From an uncultured Methanosarcinales archaeon (GTDB lineage Archaea; Nanobdellota; Nanobdellia; Woesearchaeales; CALCXY01): DNA of 40,891 nucleotides. The stretch is taken from positions 1 through 40,891 of the forward strand of contig CAYLOA010000008.1 of assembly GCA_964385185.1 (NCBI GenBank). The letters are read 5' to 3'. Under the pieces are notes generated by a model. That model was not told the origin of the DNA, made no database searches, and saw nothing but the letters and a program-made list of their open reading frames with translations. Shown piece after piece: positions 1 to 12,732 of this stretch. Made by a program: the position numbers and the translations under genes. The stretch's first letter is position 1, and each line of letters begins with the position of its first letter.

Positions 1-302
1 GAAGATAAATCAACAAGAGCAGTAAACCCAGAAAAACTTGTTTGATCATTTCCCAAACACTTTTGCATCCATCTAGTTGGAGTGCTATTTGGCATAGCTG
101 TCTTTAGTATATCTGTAAGATAATCTTCAGCAATTGCTACCTCTTCCTTTTTTGAAAAAGGTTCCTTACGTCCACCACGCCATTTCTCCATCAAACTGGG
201 CAAAGTGTCATAAATACCACCTCCACACCGAGCTATAGCTGATAAAATTCCAATATTTCCTTCTATTCTTTGAAGGGGAGGTAATAATTCTCCTCCTCTC
301 AT
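1..302 (-). CDS. Hypothetical protein, 3'-truncated by the window edge; translationally coupled to the upstream repeat peptide
   Basis: Hand translation: ATG at 302 overlaps the TGA (299-301) of 299..574 (ATGA). The frame stays open to position 1 (MRGGELLPPLQRIEGNIGILSAIARCGGGIYDTLPSLMEKWRGG...). Not in the ORF track. Confidence 0.7.
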   Translation of the reverse strand, partial: MRGGELLPPLQRIEGNIGILSAIARCGGGIYDTLPSLMEKWRGGRKEPFSKKEEVAIAEDYLTDILKTAMPNSTPTRWMQKCLGNDQTSFSGFTALVDLS

Positions 303-574
303 TTTTGATACCTCTTGTTAATATTTCGCCAACCTGGACTAGCAGTAGGAGCAACATCTCCTCCCATTCCAATCGGAGGCCCCCCTGAAGATTTTTTTTC
401 GTACCAATCCGAACTAGCAGTAGGGGCAACATCTCCTCCCATTCCGATTGGTGGACCCCATCCACCTGTCCCCTCAAAATCCTTCATACTGCGACTTGGA
501 GGTCCTTGATTTAATCCATTTGATTTAATTTTTTCATCTATAGTTCCTTTGTCTTCATTTTTCATTTTCTCCAT
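299..574 (-). CDS. Small protein with a duplicated GPPIGMGGDVAPTASxxW motif (possible peptide precursor); start may be 565
   Basis: Two identical 15-aa units whose DNA differs only at synonymous sites. SD-like GGAGATG lies before ATG 565. Confidence 0.8.
   Translation of the reverse strand: MEKMKNEDKGTIDEKIKSNGLNQGPPSRSMKDFEGTGGWGPPIGMGGDVAPTASSDWYEKKSSGGPPIGMGGDVAPTASPGWRNINKRYQK
338..457. repeat. Tandem 45-nt coding repeat (413-457 and 338-382, period 75 nt)
   Basis: Direct comparison shows 5 mismatches in 45 nt, all at third codon positions. Confidence 0.95.
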
Positions 575-636
575 CTCCCTTAGACAATATTTATACAGCT
601 CTCGCTAAGATAAGAGCTTTAGTTTAATTACAATTT

Positions 637-663
637 AAAAAAACGACAAACTATGTTGCCGTT
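637..663 (-). terminator. Intrinsic-terminator-like hairpin plus T-run inside the leader of 299..574
   Basis: Minus strand AACGGCAA-catagt-TTGTCGTT followed by further Ts. The G-U pair favours the minus strand. Confidence 0.5.
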
Positions 664-762
664 CAATTTTTCAATATCCAAATAAGAAATTATAGCTAGC
701 AAAGCTAGCTATGAAAGACATGAAATAAATTTAAATTCCTTAAAAAGTTAAAACTAGAAAAA

Positions 763-816
763 CTAACAATGAATACAACCAGCACATAGTGCCTTAGCTC
801 TCGTTATTTTTGTCAT
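763..816 (-). CDS. Putative leaderless leader peptide MTKITRAKALCAGCIHC (17 aa, Cys-rich C-terminus)
   Basis: TTTAAATA at 846-839 with the ATG 30 nt downstream, the same spacing as leaderless housekeeping genes in this window. Confidence 0.55.
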   Translation of the reverse strand: MTKITRAKALCAGCIHC

Positions 817-870
817 AGATAGTGGAGACTATAGGTTATATTTAAAACTTTTGAAAAAGAAAAAAAGAAA

Positions 871-1122
871 TTATTTCCTAGCTTCTAACTTATTATACAC
901 CCAAGCAAAGACATACAATCCTAAGAATGCATCTACAAAACCATAGACTGCACCTATAAGACCACCAACTATGCTAATCTTATATCCATGATACACAGTT
1001 CCTAATAAAGTTAAAAACTCTAAACCATATCCTGTAGCCATAGAAAGTAATGTCAAAGCAAATAATCCTGCTCCCCAGACAATTCCACCAGCTAATCCTA
1101 AGTTTTTTGCATTTAATGTCAT
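871..1122 (-). CDS. Small two-TM membrane protein ('holin-like' family)
   Basis: Two hydrophobic Gly-rich helices (LGLAGGIVWG..., GGLIGAVYGFVDA). GAGGTGA SD lies before ATG 1122. Confidence 0.7.
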   Translation of the reverse strand: MTLNAKNLGLAGGIVWGAGLFALTLLSMATGYGLEFLTLLGTVYHGYKISIVGGLIGAVYGFVDAFLGLYVFAWVYNKLEARK

Positions 1123-1165
1123 TTTATCACCTCTTATCACCATTTAGCAAGAAATCTTTAAAAAA

Positions 1166-1893
1166 TTATTGTAAATCAAGCTCAACATATACAGGTAAAT
1201 GATCTGAATAATGAACGGGAAGCACTTTTGCTTCTTTCACATCTAATCCTTCAGAAATAAAAAAATGATCTATAGAACGTTCTGGTTTATAACTAGGAAA
1301 AGTTGGACCCAATTCCAAACGAGTAAGGCCAGAATGTGTCTCCAAATCTCCCATCCTATGATAGGTACCTTCTGTATTAAAATCACCCATCAAGACAACT
1401 GGAGTATCACAACCACCCACCATACAGATTAATTCCTCTAATTGAATCTCCCGATCATCTTCATCCAAACTCAAATGAACGAGCAAAGTAGTAATCCCAT
1501 TTTTATATTCTACTTTGAGACAAGAATTTTTGATTCCCTCACTAAATTCAAGAATTTCTGCTTTATTATAATCTTCTTTCGACAATAATGAATTGTAATG
1601 TCTTCTAAACATAGGAAAATTTCCTACGGGTCCCAAATATTTAGGACCATTAACAACACCCATCCCATCCGTTCACCCATATACTCAGCTTGATGAACTT
1701 TTGAACGAATGGTATCTCCATCAACTTCCAATAGCCCAATTATATCAGGATCATAACCTTCCAAAGCAGCCGTCATTTTTCTCAATGTAGACATTTTTGG
1801 ACGCAACCAACGTGCAGGATTCAAATGATACCACTTTTTAGAAAAATTAAGACCATATTGTATATTGAAGTTAACAATTTTTATTGATGACAT
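1166..1893 (-). pseudogene. Endonuclease/exonuclease/phosphatase (EEP) family protein split by a frameshift near 1660-1668
   Basis: The N-half (NFNIQYG, DIIGLLEVD) and C-half (VHL, MGDFN, IDHFF, SDHLP) lie in two overlapping frames. Confidence 0.8.
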
Positions 1894-2015
1894 ATGAAAA
1901 ACAAGAATCACTAACAATTAATAAATACATGCATAGCTTAATAAACCCTCAACAGTTCTTATAAACCACAACAAAGGAGTATTCCTTTGATTAATTTAGA
2001 ACGGAGAGAACAACA

Positions 2016-2159
2016 ATGAACGACGGAGAATTTAGAGAACAAGAAAAACACAAAGCAACATGCTCAGATTGTGGTGAAGAATGCGAAGTACCATTTAAAC
2101 CAACTGAAGGTAGACCAGTTTACTGCCGAGATTGTTTTAGAAAAAGCAAAAAGTTTTAG
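2016..2159 (+). CDS. CxxC-x17-CxxC zinc-ribbon protein (47 aa)
   Basis: Hand translation KATCSDCGEECEVPFKPTEGRPVYCRDCF; GGAG upstream. Not in the ORF track. Confidence 0.9.
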   Translation: MNDGEFREQEKHKATCSDCGEECEVPFKPTEGRPVYCRDCFRKSKKF

Positions 2160-2746
2160 GACTTTTGTTTATAACGTCCCCTTTTTTCTACTTTTTTTAT
2201 TTTATTTTTAACTTCACTACCTAGTTTTGCATGTTTTACGTAAGAAGCTAATATCAAAGAATACGCTTTCTCCCACACTTTCCAATGTTTACTTTCTAAA
2301 GCTTGTCGCAACAAATGTAAATCTACAGCCATATCTTCAATACGATGAGACTGAAAACTAAGTCCAAAGTCAATGAGATAAATCTTATCTGTAACAATCA
2401 TATTACTAGTAGTTAAATCTCCATGGATAATGTTATGATTATGTAGTTCAGCAACAACCTTACCAATTTTTCCACATAACTTAGTATAGGTAGCATCTAA
2501 CACATCAACAACAGGATTTCCATCAAGATACTCCATCTTTAATACAAACTCTTCAGATTCATACAACTCAGGAACTATTCCAGTAGGAGATAATTTCTTT
2601 AAGACAGCAGCTTCTAGTTTAGTTCTTCTTTTACGTAATTTAGTATCTAACTCAGAAATACGATAACTCTTTTTCACCCTATCCTTAATGAGAATCTTCT
2701 TATCTCGATAAAGCTTCGCTTCAGCACCCTGCATAAGTAATTTCAT
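2156..2746 (-). CDS. bud32: KEOPS complex kinase Bud32
   Basis: QGAEA, KxRxxKxYR, HGDLTTSN and IDFGL motifs. Confidence 0.93.
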   Translation of the reverse strand: MKLLMQGAEAKLYRDKKILIKDRVKKSYRISELDTKLRKRRTKLEAAVLKKLSPTGIVPELYESEEFVLKMEYLDGNPVVDVLDATYTKLCGKIGKVVAELHNHNIIHGDLTTSNMIVTDKIYLIDFGLSFQSHRIEDMAVDLHLLRQALESKHWKVWEKAYSLILASYVKHAKLGSEVKNKIKKVEKRGRYKQKS

Positions 2747-2833
2747 AATCAACAATATTCTATTTACATTTATAAAACTATCATTTGCATATCAAACACA
2801 AACCTTTTAAACTTTTGAAAGCAAAATCAACAT

Positions 2834-3709
2834 ATGAAACTCATAGATCTGGATGAGTGTGTTCTAAACGCCTTAGAGTTATTTCAAAAAACTAAACTTC
2901 CAAAACTAAAACATAATTTCAAAAGACCTTTAGTGGTTGGCAGTATGAACGCAGCCTTAACTGGTCAAATAATTATGCAGGACACCGATGCTGTATTTGC
3001 AGACGAAGGAACCTTTGAAGAAAAATTAAACACAGTCAAAGGAATTGATGGGTGTTTACTCCTCTCAGCATCTGGGAAAAAACATGCCCCTGTAATTGCT
3101 AAAGCAGTAAAAAAAAGAGGTATCAAAGTAATCTTAATCACAAATAACGACACAGCTCCAGCAAAAGCAATTGCACATGAAACAATCATCCTCCCAAAAA
3201 ATGTAGAACCGTTTACTTACAATACATCCACATACATGGGAATGATTCTTACAAAAACAAAAGAAGATCCAAAGAAAATTCTTGCACATATTAACAAAAT
3301 TAAAAATAAAATTCCAAATATGAAAAAATACAAAGCATTCTATCTTATCATACCTGAAGAATTTCCTTCCATACGTGATATGTTCTTAACAAAGTTCGAC
3401 GAACTATTTGGACCCATGTTAACTTGTAGATGTTGGTCATATGAAACAACAAAACACGCTAAAACAGTAATTCCATGGGATAAAGAATTATTTATTAGCT
3501 TTGGTCATGAAAATAAAATATTTGGAAAGAATAGATACAATGTACCTTTACCAAAAGGTGCTTCCTACGCCACCCTTATGGCAGTAGGATATTATGTCAT
3601 TGGACAAATTCAAAAAGACAACCCTGCCTATTTCAAAAAGAACATTGTAGCATTCACAAAAGCAGCTTCTAAATTATTCGGTTCTGATATACAACCAATT
3701 GTAAAATAA
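2834..3709 (+). CDS. SIS-domain sugar-phosphate isomerase-like protein
   Basis: VVGSxNA, LLSASG and VILITNN match the SIS pattern. Substrate unknown. Confidence 0.6.
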   Translation: MKLIDLDECVLNALELFQKTKLPKLKHNFKRPLVVGSMNAALTGQIIMQDTDAVFADEGTFEEKLNTVKGIDGCLLLSASGKKHAPVIAKAVKKRGIKVILITNNDTAPAKAIAHETIILPKNVEPFTYNTSTYMGMILTKTKEDPKKILAHINKIKNKIPNMKKYKAFYLIIPEEFPSIRDMFLTKFDELFGPMLTCRCWSYETTKHAKTVIPWDKELFISFGHENKIFGKNRYNVPLPKGASYATLMAVGYYVIGQIQKDNPAYFKKNIVAFTKAASKLFGSDIQPIVK

Positions 3710-3715
3710 TAGAAT

Positions 3716-4375
3716 TTAAGCTTCAGCTTTCGCTTCTTCTTTAACTAATTCAGGTTTAACTTCTTGAGCTGCTTCTGCATTCAACATACCTTTTTTGATA
3801 GGCTCAATCTTCATCTCTCGAATTTGACAATGTTGCATAGGTACTATTTTACCCAACACATCTCGTAACTCATACTGTAACTTACCAGCAACAAGTTCTT
3901 GTACTAAAGTATTGTAATCGTTATTCTTTAAAAATCGAGTTAAGAAATCTTCAGTCTTCTTTCGTAGCTGAGTTCCCATAGATTTTGTACTTGCAAATCG
4001 TGTTACTAAAAATGGTTTTATTCTAAGATTTTTACCATCCTTACTTTTGAATACATAAGAAAAGTCAATTCGGTTTTTACCCCGTCTCATCATTCTTTTA
4101 ATACTTGAAGCATTTAGTTTGTAACCAATACAGTGAGCTACACCTTTCTCTGCTTTAAGTTTATCAACTTTAAATTGAACTAGAATATTTTGCTTTTTAG
4201 GATCTCCTGTTAATTCATTCAAATTAACTCGAATACTTTTACCAAGTAACTGTTCCTTTTCTTCAACATGGGATTGACCAATAGTTGCATGCTTAAATGA
4301 TTCATCTGCAACAATATCAAACCAAAGTTTCTTCTTAACCTTAGCTGCCTTTCCTTTAGCTTTAACTTTTGCCAT
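3716..4375 (-). CDS. rps3ae: 30S ribosomal protein S3Ae (eS1)
   Basis: KKKxWFDI, LxELTGD, F+V and RRGKNRID are typical of eS1. Confidence 0.9.
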   Translation of the reverse strand: MAKVKAKGKAAKVKKKLWFDIVADESFKHATIGQSHVEEKEQLLGKSIRVNLNELTGDPKKQNILVQFKVDKLKAEKGVAHCIGYKLNASSIKRMMRRGKNRIDFSYVFKSKDGKNLRIKPFLVTRFASTKSMGTQLRKKTEDFLTRFLKNNDYNTLVQELVAGKLQYELRDVLGKIVPMQHCQIREMKIEPIKKGMLNAEAAQEVKPELVKEEAKAEA

Positions 4376-4470
4376 TGTAAGTTAGAAACGCTAGGGGGTT
4401 TTTAAAGGTTTTCATTTAAAAATACAGGAAAATAACATATTTTTTTAAATAAGTACACACTTTTCAACCC

Positions 4471-5322
4471 ATGTCAGATGAATTACAAGAAAATGACCAA
4501 AGATTAGACTTGATCAAAGAATATGCATCCCCTTTAAGGATAAATGCATTTACAGTTAATGATATCTATGGTCAATCCTGAAATTTACCTCAAAATAAGT
4601 TAGTTAGTAGCAATTTTAATCTCGCTCATGACTGTTCATTTGAAGATACTGAAGTCAAAGATGCACTCAATTCTGAACTTATAAGTCTTAGAGAATACTC
4701 CACGATTATAGAGTTAGCAAAAGCTCATTATAGGGGCGAAAATCTTGAACATATTCATGAAGAAACAATTCAAAATGCAGATACCATAACAAGAAATATG
4801 ATTCATTACTCCTTAGCGTCAAGTAGGTATGGACAAAATAGTGCGGAAAATTGTTTTGGATTCTGGTTATCTGATGCAATTTTCTTTCCTAATTCAAAAC
4901 AATATAGCGATGGTAGTTTTGAAGCATTCTGGATTGAAAAACCAGAAGTTGTAAAAGATAGAGATGGAAATATAACCTATGATTTACAAAAAAAAGATGC
5001 CGTGCCACTATTAATTTCATCTAGAACGGGTTATGCAGTACCAACAAAAAAAGGAATCATAAATCCTAGAACGGGATTTCCTTACAAAATTGATGATTCT
5101 GTTACCCAAGATTTTTTTATAGAAGAAGCTGAAAAAAAAGTACTAGAATTTACAATAGAAGCATATCAAGAAGATAAAGATAAACTAGCATTTTTGCAAG
5201 GTATAGATCTCACCGAACCTAGAATAGATGGTGTAAACCATCAAATTCAAGAAACTGTTAGAATCTTAAGACCATTCCACAATCTGCCTTTGATTACAGT
5301 AATTTTCCAAATTGTGGAATAA
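4471..5322 (+). pseudogene. Hypothetical 283-codon gene with a single in-frame TGA at 4579-4581
   Basis: ATG 4471 sits about 29 nt after a TATA and is in frame with 4798..5322. Only one stop intervenes. Confidence 0.65.
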
Positions 5323-5336
5323 TAGCTGCTAGAACA

Positions 5337-8735
<3,399 letters not shown>

Positions 8736-8868
8736 CTAAACTATACAGGTAGTAATCCTTTATATACTTTTCGTTGTTAAAAGGGTAATACAGAGCCTGT
8801 ACTAGCTATATTCGAGTACTTCATGATACATATAAAGAATAAAAAAAGAAAAAAATATTAAAAAAATC

Positions 8869-9051
8869 TTAAGCTTTGCCTAAAATCCTGTAAGCTTCGA
8901 TTCCTGAAGGAGCTTTTGCAACTGCAAATTTTCTTCCTTTTTTAACAACAATCTTCCATTCTTTTGCAAGAAATTTTTCCTTACCTTTTACGTCATAAAA
9001 GGAAAGCTCGTCACCAGGTTTGTATACAGGTTTTGGTTTATCGTCTGCCAT
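8869..9051 (-). CDS. cc1: CC1-like small chromatin protein
   Basis: FYDVKxKxxF...FAVAKAPSGIxAYRILGK resembles Thermoproteales CC1 as I recall it. GGAGGTGA SD present. Confidence 0.75.
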   Translation of the reverse strand: MADDKPKPVYKPGDELSFYDVKGKEKFLAKEWKIVVKKGRKFAVAKAPSGIEAYRILGKA

Positions 9052-9171
9052 GTCTTCACCTCCAATAAATGATCATATAGACTAATATTCATTCTTAGCC
9101 TTCCTTATATATAAATGTATAGGGTAATACCTTTAAACGGCTCTTGTCACCACCTATCTTGAACAAAATCA

Positions 9172-9642
9172 CTAAATTACAGAAATAAGACCACTCATGA
9201 AGATATCTTCTTGCTCATCAGTGAACAAAGGATCAAAATATGAATAATTTCCAGGTGTGTTAAAGGTATAAGAAAAGGATTCTCCTTCAGGAAACTTATC
9301 TGAATTAAACAATCTTCCCAATTTTCCTTCCTCTAAAGTTTTAGTCTGAATACTATACACACTATGCCATGGTTTAAACTTATCCTCATTAAACCAAGTA
9401 ACCGTCGTGCCTTTCTCAACCGTAGTCACATTAGGAATAAAATTAAGATGAAATATTCTGATAATTTGAGTCTTAGGTTCTTCCTCAACTTCAGGAGAAT
9501 TATTCTCAAACGGCTCTGCAATAACGATGGTTTGAGGAACATCTACCACAACAGGATTTAATTGTTCTTGAGATACTTGAGAACTACAAGCTACAAATAA
9601 AAACAACATTGCAAGAATAAATAGTCTTTTCATCTTCCCCAA
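9172..9642 (-). CDS. Lipoprotein with cupredoxin/plastocyanin-like domain
   Basis: Lipobox FVAC; F-P, GTTVTWFNED, H, FSYTF, PGxYxY and MxGxI pattern. Confidence 0.8.
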   Translation of the reverse strand: MGKMKRLFILAMLFLFVACSSQVSQEQLNPVVVDVPQTIVIAEPFENNSPEVEEEPKTQIIRIFHLNFIPNVTTVEKGTTVTWFNEDKFKPWHSVYSIQTKTLEEGKLGRLFNSDKFPEGESFSYTFNTPGNYSYFDPLFTDEQEDIFMSGLISVI

Positions 9643-9678
9643 AGAGGTGAAAGTGAAGAGATTATATAAAATTTGTCT

Positions 9679-10404
9679 TTATTTAGAAAAAACATAATTA
9701 TTCAACCCATCACCAGACCCATCGAATTCATATTGCTTAAAATTAACACATTTTCGAAATCTGAGTTCTTTAAAATAATGATTCAAAATATTTCCATTAG
9801 TTGCGATAAGCACACCATCATCAAGTAATGCTTTTGAAGCATTGTTAATTATTTTAATAGCTGCCTCATCAGATTGAGAATAGCCATGAATACGATAATC
9901 TGAATTCTGAGAAAGTAAATTTGAATACACTTGATTCAAATATGTAAAATCTAAAAAATGGGGAGCCATGACAACATCAAATGGATATTCGAATGTGTGT
10001 AATACTGTAGCGTCTCCTATCCTAAGATCTATTCCAGCCCCATTCCTTCCAAATACTATAGCTTCTTCATCGGTGTCTATACCTATCCCAATCACACCCT
10101 CCTCATGAACAAGAAAGTCTGTCAATAATCCAAGATGACATCCAATCTCCAGTGCTCGTTTACCTTGCAAATCTCCTAAAACGTGAGATAATAAAGCGTA
10201 AGATACTTCATACCCCTTAAGATCTGTATTACTCTGTGCAAAAATAGACGCAAATCCTGTCTCTCTTGAAGGACTAGCTTGGAAAATTTGATCTTGTAGC
10301 TTAGAAAATTCAGGCGCCTTCTCTGTCAATCGGCTAGAATATTTCATAAGTCTTTCTTTGTAAGGCTCCACATCAACAGGAAACTCTTTTTCTTCATAAT
10401 CCAT
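9679..10404 (-). CDS. Class I SAM-dependent methyltransferase
   Basis: ALEIGCxxG, GID, GDA and FDVV motifs. Confidence 0.8.
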   Translation of the reverse strand: MDYEEKEFPVDVEPYKERLMKYSSRLTEKAPEFSKLQDQIFQASPSRETGFASIFAQSNTDLKGYEVSYALLSHVLGDLQGKRALEIGCHLGLLTDFLVHEEGVIGIGIDTDEEAIVFGRNGAGIDLRIGDATVLHTFEYPFDVVMAPHFLDFTYLNQVYSNLLSQNSDYRIHGYSQSDEAAIKIINNASKALLDDGVLIATNGNILNHYFKELRFRKCVNFKQYEFDGSGDGLNNYVFSK

Positions 10405-10436
10405 ACAAATTAAGAATAAAACCTTCTTTAAAAACT

Positions 10437-11897
10437 CTAGTATTCTCCTTTCTCTCTCAAATCATCCCAATCGAATTTATCAGCAATGAGATGTTTAGCT
10501 TTAATTCCTGTATCTGCAAAAATATCATATCCTAACTTTCGAGCATCATAACAAAAGAATCTATCATCAGTTGCATCCATTTTCTCAGAATATCTAAATT
10601 TAATCTTCTCTAGAACTTCTTTAGCTATAAGCATACATCCAAGACCTGCATAAGCAACCTCTTGTACACCTTCAGCCCACACTTCATCTTTAGTCATTAA
10701 CCGACAAGTGCCCCAGAATCCTTTTTTCTCATGAAATTTATAGAGAACAGGTTTTAGAATAATATCACCATTCTGCAATTTAACATTATTAAAATAAGCA
10801 CCACTCACGATTTTCTTATTCAATTTAAGCAAATCTTGAATAATACTAGGCTCAGGAATAACATCCTGCTCCAATGATAAAAAATAGTCATATTTCAATG
10901 CTTTTTTACGAAGAATATTCCTACTTAATACAATCCGATCTCTTGCTTTTTTCTCATAATCAATATGATCACTAGGGATATGCTCAATATCAAGAAGATG
11001 TTTATAGTTAATCTCTTCTGAATTATCCACTAATAAAATATCATAATTAGGATACATTAAATTCTTTACAATCAATCCATATTGCTTCAAACAATACTCA
11101 TACTTATCATACGTGGGACATCCCACTAAAATTTTAGGAAACAACTCCCTATCAACATCAAAAAGTCTTTGTGGAGAATGTTCCCATTGTTTTTTAAATA
11201 TTTCATAATTATCAAAAATTGCTTTTTTAGCTCGTTTAGGGTCAAGTTTTTTAGTTCCCGCTTCCAAATGATATAACTTTGCCTTCGGTTGATAAATATT
11301 CTTCCATCTTTTGAGTCTTGCTCGCAAACAAAAGTCAACATCTTCAAAATTCCCGTCGGGATACTCCACACTTAATCCTTGTAAACTTTCAAACAATGAT
11401 CTTTTAAATAATGCACAGGCAAAACTCACTGCAGGGTATTCTACCATCCTATTTGTTTTCTCTGAGGGTTCTTCTCCTCTAAATACGTGATAAGGTTGTC
11501 TATTTTTATAACAGGCAACACCTGCATGCTGAAGAGTTCCGTCTTTAAACAACATTTGTGCACCTACAACACCTACTTTCCTATCGGAAAAGGTTTCAAG
11601 CATTTCCTTCAACCAGGGTTGATAAAATTCTATATCATTATTCAAAGCTAAAATATACTCTCCAGAAGATTCATTTACTCCTTGATTAATACTTATAGCA
11701 AAAGATTTGTTCATATCGTTCGTAATTACTTTTACATCAAACTCTTTTAACATTTCAGCAGTATCATCAGGAGAATTATTATTTACTATAATCACTTCAA
11801 ACAAATCCTTGGGAGTATATTTGAAGAGTGTCTCTAGACATTTCTTAGTATAATGTGATTGACCACATACAGGAATGATAATACTTACTTTTACCAT
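10437..11897 (-). CDS. Two-domain GT2 glycosyltransferase
   Basis: VSIIIP, LNND and EDVDFC; second GT-A domain with VDNS, LEQDV and GLGCMLI. Confidence 0.9.
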   Translation of the reverse strand: MVKVSIIIPVCGQSHYTKKCLETLFKYTPKDLFEVIIVNNNSPDDTAEMLKEFDVKVITNDMNKSFAISINQGVNESSGEYILALNNDIEFYQPWLKEMLETFSDRKVGVVGAQMLFKDGTLQHAGVACYKNRQPYHVFRGEEPSEKTNRMVEYPAVSFACALFKRSLFESLQGLSVEYPDGNFEDVDFCLRARLKRWKNIYQPKAKLYHLEAGTKKLDPKRAKKAIFDNYEIFKKQWEHSPQRLFDVDRELFPKILVGCPTYDKYEYCLKQYGLIVKNLMYPNYDILLVDNSEEINYKHLLDIEHIPSDHIDYEKKARDRIVLSRNILRKKALKYDYFLSLEQDVIPEPSIIQDLLKLNKKIVSGAYFNNVKLQNGDIILKPVLYKFHEKKGFWGTCRLMTKDEVWAEGVQEVAYAGLGCMLIAKEVLEKIKFRYSEKMDATDDRFFCYDARKLGYDIFADTGIKAKHLIADKFDWDDLREKGEY

Positions 11898-11917
11898 AGA
11901 ATCAGGGAAGAATTGCC

Positions 11918-12595
11918 CTAATTAAAGCTTTGTGGTTTCTGGGGGGCAGATTTAAAGCTTGATGGATGCATAGTTGTAAAATAGGAAAATACAGAATTAT
12001 ATGCTCCTGGTTCAACTCCAACCGCCGGAACCCAATAGTGTGGCTCACGATTTTTACGATGACCATCTCGTATAACTAATTGGTCAGACTGTATTTGTAT
12101 ATTCTTTTCCTTGTATGTCTGCTTAATCCAAGAAGAATCCTCTTTATTAAACCATTTTCCCAAAAAGAAGGATTTTGCTTCTTGATTTTCATCACGAAAT
12201 CGTAGAGCTACTGATACCTGTCCAAACTTTTCTATAGAGTATTTCATAACCTCATTTGCTAATTTCTCACCATATCCTTGACCTTTCATATCAGGATGGA
12301 CATAGAACTTGTCAACATAGACTATCGGATTATCAGGAATTTGAAAAATTTTCAAAAGAGCCAAAGCCATTGTATCAATAGATTGAATCGCATAATCAAA
12401 AGGAGCCTCAAAAAAATCATCCAAGAGTTCCATCCCCGAGGATTCTTCTATCAAAGCCTTCATAGAATCCTGCATAAATGGAATGTCTACTGAATAATAA
12501 TGCCAAAACAGTGGTGGGTCAACCACATTCTGCAATCCATGACGATAAATTGTTGCTGCCATAAAATAACAAAGTCCCATTTCCTTTAAAAACAC
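11918..12595 (-). CDS. GNAT family acetyltransferase (start possibly 12562)
   Basis: FYVHPDMKGQGYGEKL acetyl-CoA motif A; NxxAxxFF. Confidence 0.75.
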   Translation of the reverse strand: MFLKEMGLCYFMAATIYRHGLQNVVDPPLFWHYYSVDIPFMQDSMKALIEESSGMELLDDFFEAPFDYAIQSIDTMALALLKIFQIPDNPIVYVDKFYVHPDMKGQGYGEKLANEVMKYSIEKFGQVSVALRFRDENQEAKSFFLGKWFNKEDSSWIKQTYKEKNIQIQSDQLVIRDGHRKNREPHYWVPAVGVEPGAYNSVFSYFTTMHPSSFKSAPQKPQSFN

Positions 12596-12732
12596 TCTGA
12601 CCGCATTTGTACAATATTATACATTAATGTCCAAAACAAAACATTTATATAGTTCATGAACTTAATTCGTCTATTACAAAGACCAATTGGGGCTTTTATC
12701 TTTCGCAGTAACAACTCAGCTTCAATAAATAT

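Noticed and set aside
338..457. Repeat read as a CRISPR array or lasso peptide core
   Set aside because: Only two units with a codon-synonymous pattern and no cas genes. G1...D9 fits a lasso ring, but the leader Thr(-2) and lasso enzymes are not visible.
208..509. Alternative ORFs 208..477 (-) and 315..509 (+)
   Set aside because: Shadows of 299..574. The SD and ATGA coupling fit the 299..574 frame, and the repeat differences are non-synonymous in the 208..477 frame.
871..1122. Provirus inferred from the holin-like gene
   Set aside because: No integrase, capsid, terminase or att-like repeats in the window.
4579..4581. Selenocysteine or genome-wide TGA recoding
   Set aside because: No SECIS-like element or redox context seen; TGA terminates conserved genes such as gyrB and rpl21e.
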